Assembly (NCBI GenBank): GCA_964589855.1
Contig: CAZPVB010000006.1
Location: forward strand, 1 to 54,639
Direction of reading: 5' to 3'
Length of the DNA: 54,639 nucleotides
Origin: an uncultured Bacteroidales bacterium
GTDB taxonomy: Bacteria; Bacteroidota; Bacteroidia; Bacteroidales; UBA7960
Position 1 is the stretch's first letter. Each line of letters opens with the position of its first letter. This document shows, piece by piece, positions 11,601 to 20,600 of this stretch. The notes under the pieces were generated by a model. It had not been told where the DNA came from. It searched no databases and saw only the letters and a program-made list of their open reading frames with translations. The position numbers and the translations under genes were made by a program.

Positions 11601-14600
11601 TAATACACTGGCATCCGGTGAATTATATCCGGCATTAAATGGTTCGTATTCCGTAGGAGGATCATCTTCTGATTTTTCAAGCGTCAACCAGGCCATCAAC
11701 AATCTTAATCTGGGTGGTGTGATGGGCCCCACAGAATTGCTCCTGTCAAACGGGGTTTACAGCGGCAAAATCCACATCCAATCCTATCCGGGTATGAATG
11801 AGAACAGTCCGGTAACCATCCGCTCCGCAGCACAGGATAGCACGCTTGCATCCATTTATCATCTTGCCGGTAGCAACCAGGATAATTACACCATCCTTCT
11901 CGACGATGCATCTTATATCCATTTTAAACATCTCACACTCGAATCAAGAGGGTCTAACTACGGAAGGGTAATTGTTTTATCCAATGGCGCCAGCCATAAT
12001 TCTTTCACCAACAACATCATAAAGGGCGCCGTAAATACTTCTGCTTCTAATTCTAGAGCACTAATGTATTCAGGCAATACCTCAGATAATGATATAACCA
12101 TCAGCAATAACCTTTTCCTGAATGGTTCATCCGCGATCTATCTGGATGGTGGCAATCAAACCGGTATCCAAATCCTTGATAACATCATCAAAGATCAACA
12201 TGCTTATGGCATTTACCTTCGAAATCAAAACCGTCCTTTGATGGAAAGGAATGAGATTTCATCTGCAACCCCCCGGTATTCTTACACCGGTCTATATCTT
12301 TCCGGTATTTCCAACGGGATAAGCATTTATGGTAACAAGATCATTTCTCCACAAAATACCGGTATACTGCTGACTTCCAGCAGCGGCACTGCAGGATCCA
12401 GGTTCCTGATCGCCAACAATTTTGTTTCTGTTGGTGGAACCTCGCAGGCAACAGGCATTGATATCAGAAACACCAATTTCGTTGATCTTTTCTTTAACAA
12501 TGTGAATGTGTATTCAACAGAAGCATCGGGCAGGAGTTTATACACAACCGGTGGGCAAAACATCAACCTGGCTAACAATATCCTGTCGGCAAAGAAAGGA
12601 GCATTGGCACTGTATATTAACACACCTTCTGCCATCAGTAGTTCCAACCATAACAATCTCTTCACCACATCGCCCCCAATCGCCCATTGGAATGGTTCCA
12701 TCTCAGGTCTCGATCAGTGGCAGGAAACCACATCTTACGACAATAACTCCCTGTCTGTTGACCCGGTATTTTATTCTGACACTGTTCTTTATGTGATGCA
12801 ACCCCTGCTATACGGAGCAGGTACTCCACTGAGTGCAGTACCCGATGACATTGACGGAAACACCCGTGACGCAGAAGATCCTGCCATTGGAGCGCATGAA
12901 TTCGAACCCCTGCCCAACGACATGGGTCCGGTTGCCTTCGTTTCACCATTATCAGCCTGCGAGTTAAGCGACCAGGAATTCATATCCATTCAGGTACAGA
13001 ATTTCGGCACCAACGCACAAACCGGGTTTGAGATCTCTTATATTTACAACGGTGATCAGGTCACAGAGAATGTACAGGACATCACCATCGAACCCTTTGA
13101 AGTATATGAGCATACTTTTAGTAATCCAATAGATCTCTCAACAGAAGGGGATTATACCTTTGCCTTCATTACTCAACTTTCCGGCGATGAGAATACCAAC
13201 AACGACAACCTTTCCAATATTACGGTATCACATCTTGCTTCACCAACCGTTCAACTTGTAAGTGATCAGGTAATATGTGAAGGGGAATCCGTTTTGCTGG
13301 TTGCCGGGGGAGGCACCCAATATTTGTGGAGCAATGGCGAAATGACATCCAGCATACTGGTTTCACCCGAAACTTCACAAAACTATGAAGTAACGATAGA
13401 AAATGAATTAGGATGTAGCACTACAGCGTCAGTTTTGGTAGAGGTATTGCCTGCTGCCACGGCACCCATAATCACTGCCGGTGGAGAGATTGAGTTTTGC
13501 CAGGGAGAAAGTGTAACCCTTACTTCTGACATTGCACAAGATATCATATGGTCGACAGGAGAAACCTCACCATCGATAACCGCTACAGAATCGGGCAGTT
13601 ACAGTGTTACCCACACCAATGAATCCGGATGCCAGGCTGTTTCCAACGTAATAGATGTTGTGCTGTATCCTGCACCAGAACTGGAAGTGAGCAATCCCGG
13701 ACCAATATGCCCTGGTGAGGAAATATCGCTGGATGTTACGGGTGGTAGTAGTTTTGTATGGTCAACCGGTGAGCAGACATCCGGTATAGTGGTACAACCC
13801 GTTGAAAGCACGGAATACACAGTGGATGTAAGTGATGATACGGGATGTGATTATATTTTGTCGCACTTTGCAGAAGTGCTGCAGCCCGAAGTCCCCGGAG
13901 CAGTATCTAACATGCTTCCACCCAACCAAAGTGTAGATCTTTCCCTGCCCTTGTCTTTCAGCTGGGCGCCCGCCGATCATGCCACACTTTATGATCTCTA
14001 TATATGGCCACAAGGAGAAAGCACCCCTGAAAGCCCTGCTTTGGAAGGGATTACAACCATCAATGCCAATTTTGAAGGAGATCTGGACTACGGACAATCC
14101 TACAACTGGACCATATATGCCCGCAATGCCTGCTACTCTACTCCGGGGGAAACACAAACCTTTGGTTTGCGCGAGCTACCCGATCTGGTTGTCGAAGAAA
14201 TTCAGATCAATCAGGAAGTATTTGCAGGATTACCTTTGGATCTTAGTTATACGGTCAGCAATGCAGGAGCCGGAAGCACCGAAGCACAACCCTGGAAGGA
14301 TGCCATTTATGTTTCCTTTAATTCAACGTTTGACAATACGGCTGTTAGACTGGCCGAATTCACCAACCAGTCATACCTGAACCCCGGACAGTCATATACA
14401 CAAACCGTGGAGGTGGATATTCCGGGTAATCTGTTGGGAGAATATTATATTTTTGTGTTTGCCGATAGCCAGAGCAAAGTTATTGAGATATCCACAGACA
14501 ACAATGTAGCCAGAAACGAAGGCACGGAAGGCATTATGATCAGTCTGCCACCCTTGGCAAACCTGGAAGCACAAACACTCAACGTTGGTCAGGCTGCCTT

Positions 14601-17600
14601 CTCGGGCGACAGCATTAATGTTACCTACAGCGCCCAAAACACAGGAGATATTGCGGCTTCGGGTATTGAGTCCCTTTACCGCATGTTCACATTATTAATT
14701 AATGGACAAGTCTCCCAACACTGCTATTTCACCGAACGTATTTGGATTGACGGCATTTACCTTTCACAAAATCCTGTTTTCGACAGATTGGATGCCGAAC
14801 TAATTCATGAAAATACCGTAAAAATCAGAAGTGAAAACTATGATGGATCCCTTTCCTGCGAGGGTCTTACTTCCTGGAATAATGAACCCGACTACCTGGA
14901 TTCCGGTGAAGAGTATATGCGTGTAGTTCCCGCCTTGATACCTCATCAGTTGTCAGGTACATACTATCTGCATGTAGTGTTGAATGATGGAAATGTTTTT
15001 AGTGAATACAATAAGAATAACAATGTAATCACGTCACAACCCATTGAAATCGTATTGCGCCCACCACCCGATCTCATTGTGGAACAGATCAGCATTGATG
15101 AGCCTGTGGTTTCCGGAGAGCGCTATTCTGTGGAGTGGGCAGTGAAAAACCAGGGTGCCAACAATCCGGTTGAGAAGAACTGGAGAGATGCTGTTTATAT
15201 TTCTGAGTTCCCTTTCCTGGATGGTAATGCCATTTACCTGAATCAAAAAGGGGTTAACAAAGGTGATACCCTCTCAGCCAATTCACAATACATGCTTAGC
15301 ACCAACATAAACATCCCTGAAGGAATTGAAGGAGAGCACTATCTGCATGTATTGACAGATGCAAATAACAATGTATTTGAAAGCCTTTTCGATGACAACA
15401 ACAGCACTTCAATACCCTTAATGATTGAGCAAGGAAACTATCCTGATCTGGTTGTTTCAGAAGTTAACATGGAGCAAAATACCATAGCAGGAAACCAGGC
15501 ATTGGTAAACTGGACCGTATTAAACCAGGGAGAAGGGAAACCAAAATCTTCGTGGACAGACAGGATATTTATATCAGAAGATCCTGCGTATGATCCATCA
15601 AATGCTTACCAAATAGCCAACAGAACAAGAGTGCACAATCTGGATGCGGGAGAATCTTATTACAATCAGATACAGATCAATATTCCTGAAGGGCTGGAGG
15701 GTACATGGTATGTTCATGTAATTACAGACATCGAAAACAGAGTTTTCGAAGATGGCAGAAACGACAACAACCTTACCACCGGAAATGCATTCAATATTTT
15801 TGAGCAACCCGCTGTTCCATTAAGCGATCTGGCAATCACGCAGAGTTCCGCCAATGAAACGGGTTATTCCGGTACCAATCTGGATGTAAGCTGGTTGGTG
15901 GAAAATGTGGGAGAAGGTCGCAGTAACCACGGATCATGGACTGATAAGGTTTTTATCAATTCTGAACCTTCTTTGGATAATGCCATCTTTTTGAAAAATC
16001 AAACCCGCAATGGTTACCTGCAACCAGGTGAATCCTACCAAAGGTTTACAGATGTTACCCTCCCTGATGGTATCGCAGGAAATTATTATTTGATCGTAGT
16101 AGCGGATGCCAATGAAAAACTCAATGACACCATCAGAGACAATAACATTTCCATTCTGCCTCTGGAAGTTATTCTTTCTCCTTCACCCGATCTTGTAGTA
16201 GAAAGTTTCGAAATTGCAGAAACGATTTACTCAGGACAGGATTTCTGGGCGCATTATACCATTAAAAACCAGGGCGAGGGTGCTGCCGAAGGTCGATGGA
16301 CAAACAGAGTAAAGGTTAGTTCCACTCCAGACCTTTCGCAATCAGGCATAAGTGTAGGGAATAAAACCCGAACCCTGCAATTGCAACCCGGCGAATCTCA
16401 TAACGACAGTTTATTGGTGAGTATTCCCACCTACATTTCAGGCAATCGCTATCTGGTTCTTTCGGTAGACGATATAAATGATATTTATGAACACCAGGCA
16501 GAAGACAACAACCTTTTTCCCATTACAGCAAATATACTGGTTCCATTGCCTTCTGATCTGATAGTAGAATCAGTACAAATGCCCCCAGGTACGGTCGAAG
16601 CCGGCGAAGAGACAGCATTCCAGTACATTGTTTCCAATCAGGGAACCAATACTGCTGTGGGGTCTCTCAGAGATGTCGTGCATTTATCACCTGATCAGCA
16701 GCTCGATGCTGCCAACGATCCCATAGCAGGTTTCAAACAGCAAAGCATTGTTCTGGAACCCGGTGAATCGCAAACCAGAACAGTCAATACCCGCATGCCG
16801 GGAGTTATTCCCGGAGATTACTTCGGGATTGTACGCACCAATATCCTTGGCAATGTGCAGGAAACCGATCTTGCCAACAACACCCTTGCTTCCGATGAAA
16901 CCACGCAGGTCAGCATCAGTGAACTTCCCGTTGATGTTGTGGTAAACACCGAACTCGACATCGATGATATTAAATATTATCAGATTGCTACGGAACCCGA
17001 TAAAGATATGATTATAACCCTTACCAGCGATCAGTCGCATGGCGAGAATGAGATCTTTGTTGCTTATGACCGCGTTCCCGACAGGGTTAATTTTGATTTT
17101 TCACACGGGAATCCAAATTCAACAGAACAAACCGTGCTGGTACCTTCAACACTTGATGGAAATTATTACCTGCGTTTAAATACCAGAACGAACTTCCCCA
17201 ATGGGCAAACGGTGGGCATTCTGGCTCAACTATTACCCTTTGGTATACGGGAGGTTTCCCCATCTGTTGTTGGTCAGGGAAGAGTAACAACCTTGCTTAC
17301 CGGGGCAGGCTTCAGCACCGATTCTGAAATTTATCTTACCAATAACAGCGATGATATTATCGCTTACGGTGAAATTCATGAATTCAGAAACAGCATGCAA
17401 ATGTATGTTCGCTGGTATTTTGATGAAACTCCTTTAGGAACATACAATCTGAATGTTACCAATGCCGATGGAGATGTTGAAACGCTTATGGATGGATTGA
17501 TTATTGAAGAGACCCAAACTTTTGAGTTGGCTGAATATTCAATCATCCCTACTGCCATTGCTGCCAGCAGCACAGCATTCTATTCATTCAGTTTCGAAAA

Positions 17601-20600
17601 CCTGTCAAACATAGATATCCCCTATGCCGTGCTTACTTTCCGCTTTCCTTTGGGTACAGACCTGGTCAATTTCTCCAGTTCATCCAATGCATGGCAATTG
17701 AGCCAGCTCTACGAAAATGTTGGTTTCGATGAAGGTGATGATTATATTGACGACAATGAGTTCAGGAATGTACCCATTTTTGTTCGCGACCTGGCACCCA
17801 ACGAAGTATTCTCATCCAGTCTGGTTTTCAAAGGGTTTCCCGAAGCAAATTTTGCCTTGCAAACCGAGCAGATCGCCATGGAAACAGATGAATTCATGAA
17901 CCTTATCGCCAGTTCTGCCGAGACCAACCGGCAGTATATCATAAATAACCCCTCTTTATTCAATGATCCCGACTTTGAAGAATTGGTAGCACTTACAGTT
18001 ACAGAAGAGGTTTACAGAAACAGTTACTTTGAAGATTATATTGGCAGTGGTTTGGTTGACCCTGCAGATACTGTTGGTATAGACTTCGAATGCTTCGTCT
18101 GCGATCAGGAATTCGCTGATTCGGAAGATACAGGAAATAATAACTACACATACACCCCCGGATCATCTCCTGGCACCGAAGAATTTGATAACCTCACCTT
18201 TGGTAGCGGTGAATCGTATCTATGGGATATCAACAGATCGCTTTACTGGTCCGAATATGAAGGACCACTGGGTGTTGCCGGTCAATACCCCGGATGGGAT
18301 CTTATCAGGGTTGATGGGACGCTCGACATAACTTCCTCGTTTCTGAATCCATTCACTTTCTATATGAGATCTCTGTCTTACACCAATTACCGTGGCACTC
18401 TGGCAGGTTGGTACCCGGCAGAAGATGTGTGCTGGCCGGTAGTTGTTGCCGATCAGATTCTGGGATTCGATCCTGACAGGTTTGTGGTGAATTCATATTA
18501 TTTTGAGCAATACAACGATGTTTATGGTGGTACTTTCCATGTGGAGATGAGTGAAGGTTCTGACACCTTATATATTTGCTTTACAGCCTATAAACCCGGT
18601 ATTGGAGAAGACGGTGTACCCGGGGCACCAGGTGTATTTTGTGAACCCGGCAGCCCGGGAGGGCCCGGAGGCCCCGGTAATGGCACCATACCTCCTGGCA
18701 ATGGTGGTCGTGGTGGCGATGGTGGCGATTGCTTTGCTGAAGGACTGCCCGGTGGTGATGGTGGCCCCGGAGGGAAAGGTGGCAAAGGCGGATTTGGCCA
18801 GGATGGTGGCACCGGTGGCGATGGCGGAAATGGCGGCTATGGCGGACCAGATGCCAATGGTGGCGATGGTGGCGATGGCGGCGATGGTGGCGATAGCGGT
18901 GCTGGCGGCAATGGCGGACAAGGCGGCATGGGTGGCGATGGCGGCACCGGAGGAACCGGCAGCGGACAAGGCGGAAATGGCGGAGAAGGCGGAAAAGGCG
19001 GCTCTGTAGAGGTTAACACCGGCGTTGTTGGTGGATCAGGTGGCTCAGGTGGTAATGCCGGTGCCGGCCCGGGTGGCGATGGCAATCCTGGCCCTGGTGG
19101 ACCCGGAGTATTCCCCGATGGCCCTGATGGCCCCGATGGTGACCCACCACCAACATGTTGTCCTCCTCCTCCAACACCTCCCCCACCACCGGGAGATGAC
19201 CCACCTCCCCCGGAACCTCCTGTACCACCGGGAGATGACGACGACCCACCTCCTCCTCCACCTGGTGAGCCGGATCCTCCGATCCCACCACCGTGCTGTG
19301 GTCCCAATTTACCCGATCCTCCGCCAATCGATGACGATCCGTTTATTCCGGACGATGATGATGACAATGATGGTTTTGAACCCGCAGAATGCGGGCAGGC
19401 ACCCAGTGTAAGTCAGGGTGATTGCTCTGACCGATTCAAAGGACCTGATCCCTGCGCATCAGCAGTTGCCAACTGTGCCGCAGCTCTGGCAAAAATGCTG
19501 GCCAGGACATGCAGATTTGGACCACAGGCATGCAAAGTTGGGGCTGCTTTGGGAGCAGCAAAATGTGCTTTACTAACAGGCAAATGTGTTTACTCCCGAA
19601 TGGAGAAAAATCGAAAAACAAACGAACATTGCCGCCCCGTGGTCAGATCATGCGACCCTAACGATATATTAGGCCCCGATGGATATGGCGACGAGAGATT
19701 TGTGTCTGTAAACGATCAACTGGGCTATACCATCCGCTTTGAAAACGATCCTGAATTTGCCCAGGCACCCGCACAAACCGTTATCATCTCACAACAACTG
19801 GACGAAAATATTGATCCGTTATCATTTCGTCTTGGCGCATTTGGTTTTGCTGATTATGTTTTTGACGTTCCCGCAAATGTTTCCTCATACAACAAGCGTA
19901 TCGACCTCAGGGATTCTCTGAGCATATTTCTGGATGTTGTAGCAGGTGTAAATGTTGAAAGCAACGAAATTTTCTGGATCCTTTCATCTATCGATCCTGC
20001 AACAGGCGCCACTCCCAGCGACCCATTCAAAGGATTCCTGGCCATCAACGATGATACAGGTGTGGGCGAAGGTTTTGTTACCTATACAGTGAAACCAACT
20101 TCAGATTCACAAACAGGAGATAAGATTTTTGCAGAAGCAGAAATTATTTTCGATATCAATGAGCCTATTATAACCCCAGAGATATTCAATACCATTGATG
20201 CCATTGCTCCAACAAGCGCAATGCAGGAACTTGCAGATGTGTCCCCATCAAATATTGTTGAATTAAACTGGTCGGCAGAAGACGATACAAATGGATCCGG
20301 AGTAAAAGATTACTTTCTGTATGTATCGGAGGATGGAGATCCCCTGACCCCATTGGCAGGACCTCTGAATGAAAAATCCTACTCTTTCAGTGGTTTGCCA
20401 GGGATTACCTATGGCTTTGCAACCCTTGCCCGGGATAATGTGCTCAATACAGAGCCCACCAAAACGGTTCCTGATGTTAGCACAACCATTAACCCCGACC
20501 TGGAAGAATACCTGAGCATTACCTCTCCTGGTGCAGGCAGTGCTTACTGCTCTGAATCAACCATTTCCATTACCTGGGATCAGTTTGGTATAGAAATCAT

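Noticed and set aside
18595-19143. Gly-rich tract as a collagen triple helix
   Set aside because: Mostly GGx with register breaks rather than long uninterrupted Gly-X-Y; a polyglycine-II/PGRS interpretation fits better.
18551-19411. Cluster of overlapping 70-180 aa ORFs on both strands
   Set aside because: Shadow frames produced by the GC-rich, stop-poor Gly/Pro tract of the giant gene.
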